64,000 bases of DNA from an uncultured Gammaproteobacteria bacterium (GCA_964491475.1 CAZBFO010000004.1:67290-131289), one strand, 5' to 3'; counted from the stretch's first letter, positions 47,116 through 57,592 are shown. The notes: generated by a model not told the origin, from the sequence alone. Numbers and translations: made by a program.

Positions 47116-47283
47116 GTTCGAAACGATGTCGTGTGAGCGTGACATAGGAAAAGGTATGAGCAATGCCTGCAGTATAACTTGCCTGCGAGGTCTTGGCCAT
47201 TCAACGCAAAAGCATTGACGTTTCGGCGTTTTTTTGCCAAGGTCGCAACGTTGATCTTTCTCGTCAACGGAAGGAGAAAAAGG

Positions 47284-48012
47284 ATGACGCAAAGGATTTT
47301 CAGGGCCGCATGGGCGGCCGCAGCGCTCGCGCTCATGTCGCCGCTGGCCTGCAGCTCGGACAAGGACACGCCGCCGGCACGGTTGGACCTGCTCTCGCAG
47401 GACATCGCCGACGGAACGCTCGCCCTGCACAAAGGCGACAGCTCGCTGGTGGGCGTCAACGCCTACGATGCCGACGGCAATCAGGTGACCGCCAAGTCGG
47501 GAGACTACAGCTGGATCTCGGAGGACCCGAAGGTGCTGACGGCCAAGACGCTGGGCAGCGCCGCGCTGATCCACGGCGAATCCGACTGGTTCGACACCGT
47601 CGCCCCGCCGCCTGATCCGGATGCCGGTGCGGACGGAGGTCCCGCGAAGAGCGACGCGCCTCCCCCGGAGGGCCACGAGCCCACGACGACGTTGCGTGTC
47701 GTCTATGGCACGGGCAACGGAGCGCCCGCGGCTTCCGTGAAGGTCGCCATCGTCATCGACGTCACCGGCCGCTGGCAGGCGAACGTCGACGGCGTCGGCT
47801 CGCAGCAGCTGACGCTCGACCAGCACGGACGCAACGTCAAAATGGTCGGCAGCGGCACCCAGGCCAGCGGCATCGTGACCGGCAACGGGTTCTCGCTGAA
47901 CCAGCAGGGGTTCGTCCTGCACGGCACCTTTTCCTCGCGGACGGACGTCGCCGGCACCTACACGGGCCCTGGCGGCGTTTCCGGCAACTGGAACGCGCAC
48001 AAGATTCAGTAG
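47284..48012 (+). CDS. lipoprotein with Ig-like and beta-rich domains
   Basis: PLAC lipobox, W.S.DP.V Ig-like segment, AAGGAG SD. Confidence 0.7.
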   Translation: MTQRIFRAAWAAAALALMSPLACSSDKDTPPARLDLLSQDIADGTLALHKGDSSLVGVNAYDADGNQVTAKSGDYSWISEDPKVLTAKTLGSAALIHGESDWFDTVAPPPDPDAGADGGPAKSDAPPPEGHEPTTTLRVVYGTGNGAPAASVKVAIVIDVTGRWQANVDGVGSQQLTLDQHGRNVKMVGSGTQASGIVTGNGFSLNQQGFVLHGTFSSRTDVAGTYTGPGGVSGNWNAHKIQ

Positions 48013-48148
48013 GCCGAAGCGCATCACGCCTCCCGACGTCCGTCGGGAGGCTTTTTCTTTATGCCCTTGACCGTTCAGGTTGTGTCGGTAGGTGAGCGCT
48101 GCTATCCTCAAAATAGGGTTCCTTTCACGCCTACAGGGAGTACATCCC

Positions 48149-49009
48149 ATGGCGCAAAACACTCGTCAGCTGTTCTTCGCGTTCGTCCTTCTCTGCGTTT
48201 CCCAGCTGGTGGGTTGTGGCGCCGCGGCACCGCAGGCGGCAGCGGCAGCAATGCCGGCCGCGCCCGCAAGCAACGCAGGAGAAATGGCTCGCTATCGCCT
48301 CAACAGCGACGCGACCTACCGCATCGACGTGATCTCCCCCGACGGTCACGGCCACGGTTCCGGCGTCGTGATCTCGACCGAGGGGTACATCCTCACGGTC
48401 AATCACGTCGTCGACCATCCGGGCAACCTGTCCATCATGGTCTCGGAGGGCCCTGGCCCGCCCAAGACCTACCCGCTCCGGGTCATTGCCACCGACAAGG
48501 TGCACGACCTGGCCGTGGTCAAGGTCGAGCGGCGCTTCGCGAATCCCGCGATTCTCGAGGACATCCGCAACGTGCACCCCGGCGACGAGGTGTACAACAT
48601 CGGCTACCCGTACGACTACGGCGAGATGGTCGCCCGCGGCCACGTGATGCGCCTGCACTACTCGATGCCCGAGGACGAGAACGACAAGAAGCTCCCGGCG
48701 GACCGGCGCATCTACGTGCGCGACATGATCCTCTCGGACTTCCTGGCGGGCCCCGGCACCTCCGGTTCCGGCATCTTCCTCTCGTCGAGCGGCAAGCTGG
48801 TCGGCGTGATGCGCCTGCTCATCTGGCAGGGCGGCGGATACGTCGCGATGACGACCCGAGCCCTGGTTCCCGTGAACCAGGTCGAGGACTTCCTGCGGCT
48901 GTACCGCATTCCCCACGTGACGTCGGACGGCACGGTGGCCACTTACCCGCCGCTGCCTCCGCCGGCGCCGCCGGCACCTTCCGTTCCCACGCTGCAGCCA
49001 CATAAGTGA
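48149..49009 (+). CDS. trypsin-like (S1C) serine protease lipoprotein with intact triad
   Basis: LVGC lipobox, [13 protein letters not shown] (His), HDLAVV (Asp), IGYP, PGTSGSG (Ser). Confidence 0.85.
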   Translation: MAQNTRQLFFAFVLLCVSQLVGCGAAAPQAAAAAMPAAPASNAGEMARYRLNSDATYRIDVISPDGHGHGSGVVISTEGYILTVNHVVDHPGNLSIMVSEGPGPPKTYPLRVIATDKVHDLAVVKVERRFANPAILEDIRNVHPGDEVYNIGYPYDYGEMVARGHVMRLHYSMPEDENDKKLPADRRIYVRDMILSDFLAGPGTSGSGIFLSSSGKLVGVMRLLIWQGGGYVAMTTRALVPVNQVEDFLRLYRIPHVTSDGTVATYPPLPPPAPPAPSVPTLQPHK

Positions 49010-49083
49010 CGGCAGCCCCCGCGGTCCGCTTATCGGACCGCCTTTTTTATTCCAGACGAAAAAGAGAGCGGCGCTCGCTCTCC

Positions 49084-50049
49084 TTATTCCACCCGCCAGC
49101 CTGTCGCCGCTTCCTTGATCCGGCCCGGCACGGTGAATCCGGCGGCCTTCTTGTGTCCGCCGCCGCCGAGCATCTTGGCCGGCAGCGATACGTCCGTATC
49201 GTCCGCGCTGCGGAAACTGCCCTTCACCTTGTTGCCCGGCACTTCCTTGAGGACCAGCACCGCCTTCGTATCCAAAAACTGATTCAGGAAGTTGGAAATG
49301 CCTTCCACATGCTCCTCCTCGACGCCTTCGGCGGCGACCTCGTGCTCGAAAATGGCAGTCGAGGAAACGCCCAGCTTCTCGTCGTGCTTGAGGCGCCCCA
49401 AAACGGTGCCCCACAGGCGCAACGACATCAGCGATTTGTTGCGCATCAGCTTGTTGGCGACCTCCTGGATTTTGCCGCCGCGCTTCACCAGATCGGATGC
49501 GGCGCCCAACGAAGTCCAGGTGGTCGCAGGGTTCGAGAAGTTGCCGGTATCGGTCAGGATGCCGGTGAGCAGGCAGGTGGAGATGGCGCGGTCGATGTCG
49601 GCGCCGGCGGTCTGCAGGAAGTCGTAGACCACTTCGGCCGTGGAAGACGCCGTGACGTCGAGGATGTTGATGTCGCCGTACCGCTCGTTGGTGGCGTGAT
49701 GATCAAAGTTGATGATGAACGGACGAGGAGACATCTTCGCCACCAAATCGGCGATGCCGGCGAAGCGGAGGTCGCCCGCGTCGAACACTGCCAGCACGTC
49801 GTGCTCGGGGTTTGCGAACACCGAAGGGTCGTTCGTGTAATGCTCCGTGCCCGGCATGTAGGCATACTGCTGCGGCACCTGGTCCTGGCAGTAACCGGTC
49901 ACTGGAATCCCCTCGCGCTGGCAAAAATTGTACATGGCGGCACCGGCACCGAGGGTGTCGCCGTCCGGTTTGGGATGCGAAACCGCCAGCACGCGTTTGG
50001 CGCGGCGGATGACATCGAGGGCGTTGCGGTGGAGATAGGCGATATCCAT
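49084..50049 (-). CDS. nrnA: DHH-family oligoribonuclease/PAP phosphatase NrnA
   Basis: HPKPDGD, FD, NFDHH, TDTGNF, GSFRS, GGGGHKKAAG. Confidence 0.92.
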   Translation of the reverse strand: MDIAYLHRNALDVIRRAKRVLAVSHPKPDGDTLGAGAAMYNFCQREGIPVTGYCQDQVPQQYAYMPGTEHYTNDPSVFANPEHDVLAVFDAGDLRFAGIADLVAKMSPRPFIINFDHHATNERYGDINILDVTASSTAEVVYDFLQTAGADIDRAISTCLLTGILTDTGNFSNPATTWTSLGAASDLVKRGGKIQEVANKLMRNKSLMSLRLWGTVLGRLKHDEKLGVSSTAIFEHEVAAEGVEEEHVEGISNFLNQFLDTKAVLVLKEVPGNKVKGSFRSADDTDVSLPAKMLGGGGHKKAAGFTVPGRIKEAATGWRVE

Positions 50050-50187
50050 AAACGTTGAGCAAATCAACGTACCAACGCGACGCGACGCCGTCAAGGCGGC
50101 GCGCCCGCGAGTTGACCGTACCGCCGGGACGCGGAATGATAGCGGCGTTCTTTGGCAACGCCATTCGCGTAGAAAAAAGAGGCTTAC

Positions 50188-50916
50188 ATGCGCACCGCGT
50201 TTTTCGCCTTGCTGCTGCCGTTCTCCTTGAGCCTGTGCGACGATTCACCCACGCCCGTCGGCTCTCCTGCACCAGTGCAGCCCAAGCCGGCCGTCGCGGC
50301 GGAAACCGTCGAAACGGTGCTGCGCGTCGACATGGGCGGCAAGTATCGCGGCCCCGGCGTCGTCGTTTCCCCCGCCGGCTACGTGATCACGGCAGTCGAA
50401 AATCTGCCGGAGTACGTCTTCTGGAAGTACAGGGTGACCGTCGGCAGCGAGCGCGTTCCGGGGACCATCGTCGCCGTGGATGAACAGCTGGGCCTGGCGC
50501 TCATCCATGCCGACCGGCCGATCCGACTGTGCGCCACCTTCACTTCGCGCATCGATTTCAAGGCCGGCGACCCCGCTGTTGCCGTCGGCTATCTCGACTT
50601 CGACGGTGAGCCGCAGCTGGTGGAGCGGAGGCAGGTGCCCGCGACGATCGTCGAGGTCCATAAGCGCGGCGAGAGCGTCGGCCGTCTCGACTTGCGCGAC
50701 ATGACCACCGTTTCTCTCGAGCACGTCGAAGGGCGGCTGCACATCCTGGGCACAGGCGTCTTCTCGTCGAACCCCGACGCCTTCATCGGCATCATCGTCG
50801 GCACTTCCGAAAAGGCGTACGGGACGAGCACGCCCACTTCGCCGCTGTTCGTCGTCCCGTCGACCTCCGTGGCGACCTTCATGCGCCGTCACGGTACGGA
50901 ACCGAAAACGCAGTAG
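50188..50916 (+). CDS. exported trypsin-like fold protein lacking the catalytic triad
   Basis: GPGVVVS..GYVITAVEN, DEQLGLALI, AVGY, ILGTGVF. Confidence 0.7.
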   Translation: MRTAFFALLLPFSLSLCDDSPTPVGSPAPVQPKPAVAAETVETVLRVDMGGKYRGPGVVVSPAGYVITAVENLPEYVFWKYRVTVGSERVPGTIVAVDEQLGLALIHADRPIRLCATFTSRIDFKAGDPAVAVGYLDFDGEPQLVERRQVPATIVEVHKRGESVGRLDLRDMTTVSLEHVEGRLHILGTGVFSSNPDAFIGIIVGTSEKAYGTSTPTSPLFVVPSTSVATFMRRHGTEPKTQ

Positions 50917-51034
50917 TTTCCCCCGACCGCACGCCTTCGTGCGGTTTTTCCTTAATTGACTTTCGTTCCCGGCGAGCCCAAAATGAGGCCGTTCTTTCCT
51001 TTCGCGCATCATTCGCCGAAATCAGGAGGATCCC

Positions 51035-51745
51035 ATGGGTTCCGCGAAACGTTTCCGGCTCCTAGCCTTCTTGGCCATTGTCTTTTTCGCCGCGCTGGTC
51101 GGTTCGCCGACCGGGCCGTCGACGGCTGCGGCCGAAGAACCGCCACCGATCACGTCCAAGGCCGACAAGGCCACCGTGCGCATCGACGCCAACGGCAATT
51201 ACGTCGGAGTAGGCGTCGTCGTTTCTGCCAGCGGACACGTGCTCACTTCCGTACAGGCCGCGGGCAGCTGGCGCTACGCCAAGTTCACCGTCGGCGACGC
51301 ACGCCTTCCCGCAAACGTGGTGGACTTCGACGAGAGCCACGGCTTGGCGCTGCTCAAGGCGGCCGCCCCTCTCCAGAACGCGCCTGTCACCCTGGCTTCG
51401 GCCCGTGCCGCAAAGAACTCCGCGGTGATGCTGATCTGCTATCGGCAGGTGTCGAGCGAACCGCCGATGATCTCTCGTCGCAAGGACACGGGCCTAGTCA
51501 CCGACCCGTCATACGGCGGCGAATCGTCGGGGACGCTCGACCTCCGCGACCTGGAAATCGTCCGCGTGCGCGGCCAAGAACAGATGTCGCCCTACGCGTA
51601 CGCCCCCGTCATCTCCGCGAAAACCGGAGAAATCGAGGGATTCGTCATTGGCAACATGCGCCGCTACGACGTCACCGACGTGCTGGTGATGCCGGCAAGC
51701 GTCATCAGGACGTTCCTTCAGGCGCAGAAGGTGCCTCTTCCGTGA
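51035..51745 (+). CDS. exported trypsin-like fold protein lacking the catalytic triad
   Basis: GVGVVVS..GHVLTSVQA, DESHGLALL, YAYAPVIS..TGEIEG; AGGAGG SD. Confidence 0.7.
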   Translation: MGSAKRFRLLAFLAIVFFAALVGSPTGPSTAAAEEPPPITSKADKATVRIDANGNYVGVGVVVSASGHVLTSVQAAGSWRYAKFTVGDARLPANVVDFDESHGLALLKAAAPLQNAPVTLASARAAKNSAVMLICYRQVSSEPPMISRRKDTGLVTDPSYGGESSGTLDLRDLEIVRVRGQEQMSPYAYAPVISAKTGEIEGFVIGNMRRYDVTDVLVMPASVIRTFLQAQKVPLP

Positions 51746-51841
51746 CCTTTCTCCCGCAACCGTTGCGGGTTTTTTATTGGGAAATCGGAGGTTGCGGTTG
51801 CCCGCCGGTTTGCTACACTTCGAGCAGAAATTCACCTCCCT

Positions 51842-54160
51842 ATGCATCTCCAAAAGCTCGAACTTGTCGGATTCAAGTCGTTTGCCGAAAAGGCCGAACT
51901 CGATTTTCTCTCGCCCGCCAACGGAGGCAAGGGCATTACCGCCGTAGTCGGCCCCAACGGTTCGGGCAAATCCAACGTCGCCGACGCCATCCGCTGGGTG
52001 CTGGGCGAGCAGTCGCTCAAGCTGCTCCGCGGCAAAAAGGCCGAGGACGTCATCTTTTCCGGTTCCGAAAAGCGCTCCCGCTCCGGCTTTGCCGAAGTCA
52101 CCCTCTACTTCAACAACGAGGACGGCAAAATGCCGGTCGACTTTTCGGAAGTGGCCATCTCCCGCCGCATTTACCGCGACGGCGACTCCGAATACCTCAT
52201 CAACAAGAACAAAGTCCGCCTTGCCGACATCCAGCTGCTCCTGGCCCAGTCCAACTTCGGCGCGCGCTCCTACTCGGTCATCGGCCAGGGCATGATCGAG
52301 GGTGTGCTCATTGCGACGCCCCAAGAGCGTAAGGAATTCTTCGACGAAGCCGCCGGCGTAAAGCAGTTCCAGCTCAAGCGCCACCAGTCGGTAATCAAGC
52401 TCGAAGCCACCCGCGAAAACCTGCAGCAGGCCGAAATGCTTTTGGCCGAAATCGAGCCCCGCATGCGCTCGCTCGCCCGCCAGGTGAAGCGCCTGGAGGA
52501 GCGCGGCAGCATCGAAGAAGAGCTGCACGCGCTCAAGCACCAGTACTACGGCAGCCTGTGGTTCGACCTCAAGAAGCAGATTGATGCCCGCGGCGCGACC
52601 GTGGCAAAGCTCGAAAAGGAATGGCGCGAAAAGGAGTCCACGCTCGATTCTGCCAAGGCCGAACTGTCCTCTTTGGAAATCGAAGAAACCGGCAGCGACG
52701 CCTTCTCCGCGCTCCAGGGCGACTACGAAAAGCTGCTCGAGGAGAAGAACCGCCTCCGCAGTGCCGAGATGACCGCGCGCGGCAAGATCGAAATAGCCGA
52801 ACAGGTGAAGAAGCGCGTGGCCGCTTCGGTGGCAGCTGCAAAAACCAGCATGCCGCTCTCCAAGATCATCGAGGAGATCGGCAGCGTCGCCAAGCGCCAG
52901 GACGCTTTGGTAGCCCGCGTGCGCTCTGCGAAGACGCTCGAAGCAGTGCAGGCGGTGTTGCCGGAATTGGAGAAGCTAACCGGCGACGTCGAAGCTCTGC
53001 GCGACCGTCTGGAACGCCCAGTGGCCGAGCCACAGGCCGAAAAGTCGGCGGCAGAACAGGAAACTGACCCGGCGCTGCTCAAGGAAGTCGCCGACCTCGT
53101 TGCGGGCATCTCCGCCCTCGACGTGAAGCTGCGCGAGGCCCAGTCCAAGCTCCAGACCTACAACCAAGGCGAGATGAAAAAGAAGGAAAAGTTCTTCTCC
53201 CTCCAGCGCACGCTGCAGGAGAAGATCAACGCCGCGCACCAGCTTGAACGCCGCCTTGGCGACGAGCGCGTGGAGCAGGCCCGCCTGGACACCCGCCGCG
53301 AGCAGCTCGAATCCGAAATGGCTGCCGAGCTCGGCGAAAAGGCCAAGCACGTCCGCGACAGCTTCACGCCCACCGACGACCCGGCCCAGCGCCCCGACGC
53401 CGTGCTCCCCCAGATGAACCGCCTCAAGTACCAGCTGCAGCTCATAGGCGGGATCGACCCGGAGGCGGTCAAGGAATACGAGGAGACCAAAGGCCGATTC
53501 GACTTCCTCGAAGGCCAGACCAGCGACCTTCGCAGGGCCATCGACGACTTGGACCGCGTCATCGCCGAACTCGACATCACCATCAAGGCCAAGTCCGAAT
53601 CGGCCTTCCGCCAACTGAACCGCGACTTCAACGACTACTTCAAGCAGCTGTTCGGCGGCGGTCATGCCGAATTGATCCAGCTCCGCGAAGAGCCGAAAGA
53701 TGAGGACGACGAAGGTGCGGTCGCCGAAGGCACACAGGAAAAAGACGAACCCAAAGCCCAGAAAAAGGCTTCGGACCACATCGTCGGCATCGACATCCAT
53801 GCCACTCCCCCGGGCAAGAAGATCAAGAACATCGCCATGCTCTCCGGCGGCGAGCGCGCCCTGATCTCCATCGCGCTCATCTGCGCCATCATGAACAGCA
53901 ACCCCTCGCCGTTCGTGGTGCTCGACGAAGTCGACGCCGCGCTTGACGAGTCCAACGCCGACAAGTTCGCCAGCATCATCGAGACCCTGGCCGAGAAGAC
54001 GCAGTTCATCGTCATCACCCACAACCGCTACACCATGCGCAAGGCCAACGTCCTCTACGGCGTGACCATGCGGCAGGACGGCACCTCGATGCTGCTCTCC
54101 ATCAACCTCGACGAGGTCGGCACGCTCGCGAACGCCAGCAAGGAGAAGATGACCGTCTAA
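51842..54160 (+). CDS. smc: chromosome segregation protein SMC (short, no recognisable hinge)
   Basis: GFKSFA, GPNGSGKSN, WVLGEQS, Q-loop IGQG, LSGGE, LDEVDAALD, QFIVITHN, GVTM. Confidence 0.92.
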   Translation: MHLQKLELVGFKSFAEKAELDFLSPANGGKGITAVVGPNGSGKSNVADAIRWVLGEQSLKLLRGKKAEDVIFSGSEKRSRSGFAEVTLYFNNEDGKMPVDFSEVAISRRIYRDGDSEYLINKNKVRLADIQLLLAQSNFGARSYSVIGQGMIEGVLIATPQERKEFFDEAAGVKQFQLKRHQSVIKLEATRENLQQAEMLLAEIEPRMRSLARQVKRLEERGSIEEELHALKHQYYGSLWFDLKKQIDARGATVAKLEKEWREKESTLDSAKAELSSLEIEETGSDAFSALQGDYEKLLEEKNRLRSAEMTARGKIEIAEQVKKRVAASVAAAKTSMPLSKIIEEIGSVAKRQDALVARVRSAKTLEAVQAVLPELEKLTGDVEALRDRLERPVAEPQAEKSAAEQETDPALLKEVADLVAGISALDVKLREAQSKLQTYNQGEMKKKEKFFSLQRTLQEKINAAHQLERRLGDERVEQARLDTRREQLESEMAAELGEKAKHVRDSFTPTDDPAQRPDAVLPQMNRLKYQLQLIGGIDPEAVKEYEETKGRFDFLEGQTSDLRRAIDDLDRVIAELDITIKAKSESAFRQLNRDFNDYFKQLFGGGHAELIQLREEPKDEDDEGAVAEGTQEKDEPKAQKKASDHIVGIDIHATPPGKKIKNIAMLSGGERALISIALICAIMNSNPSPFVVLDEVDAALDESNADKFASIIETLAEKTQFIVITHNRYTMRKANVLYGVTMRQDGTSMLLSINLDEVGTLANASKEKMTV

Positions 54161-54182
54161 GCGGACGTAATCGAAAAGCTCT

Positions 54183-54416
54183 ATGAACCAATATTATTCG
54201 GCCTTCGGAGGCGGCCACTACTGGGCGGTCGGCCTGCTCCTGATGTGGGCGCTCCCCTGGAAAGCCTGGTCGATGTGGATCGCGGCCAAGCAGAACCAGA
54301 AGATCTGGTTCATCGCGCTGCTGGCGGTCAACACCGCCGGCCTGCTCGAGATCCTGTACATCTTCGTCTTCAGCAAGCATTACGCCAAACCCAAGACGGG
54401 CGGCCAAAAGGAGTAA
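54183..54416 (+). CDS. DUF5652-like small membrane protein
   Basis: W.LPWK..SMW.AA...QK.WF..LL.VNT.GLLEILY. Confidence 0.85.
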   Translation: MNQYYSAFGGGHYWAVGLLLMWALPWKAWSMWIAAKQNQKIWFIALLAVNTAGLLEILYIFVFSKHYAKPKTGGQKE

Positions 54417-54535
54417 AAGCGAGAACGGCCTGCGGGCCGTTTTTGCTTTGGGATGTCGTGACGATCGACTCCGGAAAAAGAAAAACGGCCCGACAAATGT
54501 CGGGCCGCGAGTGACGCCGCGGCGTCCGTGACGTA

Positions 54536-55234
54536 TCAGGCCGGCGCGCCGCCCGCCTTCTTCTTCATCTGCTCGATGAGCGCCTTGGCCTTGGCCGCAC
54601 GGACCGCGTCCGCGCTGCTGCCGCCGCTGGTGCTGGCGAGCGCCTCGTTGAGCCGCTCGTCCTGCACCGCGCCTTCGCGCTTCATGCGGGCCGCGATGTC
54701 GTCGACCGAGACGGCGCCGGCGCCGTTCGAGAGCGCCGCCACCTGCGTCAGCGCGTCCGCCGCGTTCTTCTTGGCGTTGGACGTGCGCTGCATGTTCTCG
54801 AGCCGGTTGATGTTGCGAATCAGCTCGGTCTTCTTGGCAGACAGCTTGTTGCTGGCCTCGGCCATGCCATCGGCGACCTTCTTGGCGTCGGCCAGCGCCT
54901 GTTCCTGCTCCGCGAGCGTCTCCTGCAAGGTGACGACCTCCTCCATCAGCGTGGTGGCCACGTTGTCGTTGGACGGATCATCGTCGCTGAGGAGCATCTG
55001 CGCGTTGGCGGTGTTCTCGTCGATGCGGTGCTTGGTGCCGTCGACCGCCGCCTGCGCCATGCCGACGTCGGCCCGTGCCGCCGCCGCATGGCGCTTCAGG
55101 TTGTTGGACTCGTCCTCGATCTTCCGCACCTGCTCCTTGCAGGCCCCGACGCTGTCGAGGTCGATGGCTGCGTCGAGCAGAGCGTGGATGTTGGAACCGA
55201 TGAGGGTGCTGATCTTGTCGAAGATTCCGGCCAT
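54536..55234 (-). CDS. PspA/IM30 (ESCRT-III-like) family protein
   Basis: MAGIFDKISTLIGSNIHALLD amphipathic N-terminal helix, long coiled coils, 232 aa. Confidence 0.8.
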   Translation of the reverse strand: MAGIFDKISTLIGSNIHALLDAAIDLDSVGACKEQVRKIEDESNNLKRHAAAARADVGMAQAAVDGTKHRIDENTANAQMLLSDDDPSNDNVATTLMEEVVTLQETLAEQEQALADAKKVADGMAEASNKLSAKKTELIRNINRLENMQRTSNAKKNAADALTQVAALSNGAGAVSVDDIAARMKREGAVQDERLNEALASTSGGSSADAVRAAKAKALIEQMKKKAGGAPA

Positions 55235-55300
55235 GGTGTCTCTCCTGTTTCTTTCGTGTTCGTTTTCGTTTTCGTTTCGGGGTTTCGTGTCCGGTCGGGT

Positions 55301-57592
55301 TCAGAGGTCGTCGTTGCTGCCGTCGTTTCCTCCGCCCGACGAGTCGTCGGAGCTGCCCAAGTCGTCGCTGCCGCCCATGAGTCCGCCACCGCCGCTGTCC
55401 AAGTCGGACGAGGGGGAGGTGTAGGAGCTCGAGTCGTCAGTGCCTCCGTCGAGGCTGTCGTCGCCGCCCATCAGTCCGCCGCGGGACTGCTGCGGGTAGC
55501 CGAGCGACGAGTTGTCGTTTCCGTTGTTGCGCGAGCCGATGGCCGCGCCGACAGCCACCCCGCCCGCAAAGGCGATGGAGGCGTCGACTGCCGCCCGTTG
55601 GCGCGCAGCTTCTTCGTCGATACGACGACGTTCCGCAGCCGATTCGACCGCCGCCGCTGCCTGGGCGCGCATCTGCACGTTGTGTGCCGCGTCGCCGCGT
55701 GCGCTCTGCAGCACGTCGGCGGCCACCTTCGTGGCGACCTCGGCTGCAGAGACCAGTGCCAGATAGTCCGGCTTGGTCGTCCTTCGTACGGTTTCTTCGG
55801 CCGGCAGCTTGGCCTCGGCATCGCGGAGCTGCTGCAGGAGGTTGCCCTCCAGCACGTCCTCGATATCCGCGGCGTTCGCGGCGATGAAGCGGTTGGCTTC
55901 TGCCACGGCCGCACGTGCGGACGCAAGCTTGGCGGGCGTTTCGGCCTTGGCGGCCTGAAGCCTCTGCCTCGTCGCCGTGAGGGCAGTCAGGTACCCGGCG
56001 GCCTTGGCAAGCCGTTCTTCGGCGTCGCCGAGGAACTGCTCCGCGCCCTTCCAGTCCTGCTGCTCCATGCCGACCGACTTGGTCGCGGCGTCGCAGCTTT
56101 GCGTCGCCGACTCCGCCCCGGAGGCGGCGTTGGCGACGTTGTTCCGGACGGATTCCCAGGACGTCGACACGAATCCGCTTTGGATCGCGGCGAAGTCCTT
56201 CTTGCCCGTTTCGATGTCCGCTGCGGTAGAGGCGATGCTCGCCTTCACCCTGGCGATACGGGCCTCGATGGCCTGCTTGCGCGAGACCAGACCCTTGGCG
56301 TCGGCACCGGCCTTCTTGGCCTTCACCGAACCGGAGCTGCAGGTGGTGGTTGCCGCGGCCGCTCGGCCTTCGCCGATTGCCGCAGTAGCCGTCTCCTGGT
56401 CCGCAATCGCTTCTGCCAACGCGGATTCCAGATCACCGGTCTTGAAACCGGCTTTCTGCACCTCGGCGATGTCCGCTGCCGCCGCCTCGATGTCCTTGCC
56501 CAGCTTCTCTAATGCGGGCTTGGCCTGATCGGCCGCCCGCTTGATCTCGCCGAGCTTGTTGTCGAGCGCGGTCTGGCTGCGCTTGGCGTCGTCGAGCCCG
56601 TTGAGCAGCTTGTCGTACGACTTCTCGATCGACTCATACTCTTGGACCGACTTGCCGTCATCGTCGGGATTCGACGATTGCGACAGCCTGCCGTACTGCT
56701 TGGTCGCCTCTGCCGAGCGCGTCTTGAGCGCGTTCAGCAGCGCGGTGAGCGAACGGGCATCATCCGGCGAACAGCCCTTCGATGCCGCAGTCACCTTGGC
56801 TTCCAGCACGGTCATTGCCGTGGGGCTGAAAGCCTCGATTTCCGTGGCGCACGACGTGGCCTTGTTCTTGGCGTTCTGCTGCGCGGCCTTGGCTTCCGCC
56901 TTGGACCGCCGCACGAAGAAGAAGGCGATGCCTCCTCCTGCCAGCACCAGAATGCCGAGGAACACCCACAGCCCTGCCGACGAACCGCCCGAAGACGGCG
57001 CCGGAGTGACGACAGTGGGTGCCGGAACGGGAGCGGGCACCGGCACGACAGGAATCGGCGCGGGCCGCGGCGCGACCTGCGTCGGGGCCGGCGGCTGCAC
57101 CGCGACGGGAGACCCGCCGAGCGCGCCGCTGATGCCGTTCAGTCCGCCGACTGCCGCGCCGGAGTAATCCCCGACGTTGAAGCGCGGACCGATCTGACTG
57201 GTCTTGATGCCCTGCCACTGCGCGTTGAGCCGGTTTTGGAACCGGCTGCCGGCATAGACGTTGGCTTTTCCCTTGTTGGTCGCGGGGTCGCGGTACAGGA
57301 CGAACACGAGCAGGTCGCTGCGTGCCGCCGAACCGCTCTTCCACGACTGACAAGGGCGAATCATCCCGGGGATGTCTTCGTAGGTGGCCAGCGATGCGGT
57401 GGTGCGCACGCGCACGAACGCGCCTTGCGCCGCGAGCCTCTGGGCCGCGGCGGCGACGGAATCGCCGCTGCTTCCGAAAAGCCCGGCATCGTCACCGACG
57501 ACCTGGTCGCAGGTAGCCGCCCGTGCGGTCCCGGCGAAGCAAAGCGCGGTGACCAGCATGGCCATCGCCGCGAGCAATTGTCCTAGTTTCAT
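55301..57592 (-). CDS. TPM-domain membrane protein with long cytoplasmic coiled coil and acidic Gly/Asp/Ser tail
   Basis: Signal peptide, VGDDAGLFG...PRFNVGDYSGA TPM-like domain, Pro linker, TM, Ala-rich helices; AGGAGA SD. Confidence 0.75.
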   Translation of the reverse strand: MKLGQLLAAMAMLVTALCFAGTARAATCDQVVGDDAGLFGSSGDSVAAAAQRLAAQGAFVRVRTTASLATYEDIPGMIRPCQSWKSGSAARSDLLVFVLYRDPATNKGKANVYAGSRFQNRLNAQWQGIKTSQIGPRFNVGDYSGAAVGGLNGISGALGGSPVAVQPPAPTQVAPRPAPIPVVPVPAPVPAPTVVTPAPSSGGSSAGLWVFLGILVLAGGGIAFFFVRRSKAEAKAAQQNAKNKATSCATEIEAFSPTAMTVLEAKVTAASKGCSPDDARSLTALLNALKTRSAEATKQYGRLSQSSNPDDDGKSVQEYESIEKSYDKLLNGLDDAKRSQTALDNKLGEIKRAADQAKPALEKLGKDIEAAAADIAEVQKAGFKTGDLESALAEAIADQETATAAIGEGRAAAATTTCSSGSVKAKKAGADAKGLVSRKQAIEARIARVKASIASTAADIETGKKDFAAIQSGFVSTSWESVRNNVANAASGAESATQSCDAATKSVGMEQQDWKGAEQFLGDAEERLAKAAGYLTALTATRQRLQAAKAETPAKLASARAAVAEANRFIAANAADIEDVLEGNLLQQLRDAEAKLPAEETVRRTTKPDYLALVSAAEVATKVAADVLQSARGDAAHNVQMRAQAAAAVESAAERRRIDEEAARQRAAVDASIAFAGGVAVGAAIGSRNNGNDNSSLGYPQQSRGGLMGGDDSLDGGTDDSSSYTSPSSDLDSGGGGLMGGSDDLGSSDDSSGGGNDGSNDDL

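Noticed and set aside
46543-48162. Apparent 539-aa ClpP and 340-aa response regulator (34944-35966) with long N-terminal extensions
   Set aside because: The extensions overlap other real genes. The true starts are near 47115 and 35330, so these are not fusions.
55245-55290. Short (CGAAAA)-like repeats between the TPM gene and pspA
   Set aside because: Only a few degenerate units with no spacers. Likely an A-rich unstructured ribosome standby region, not CRISPR or a contingency locus.
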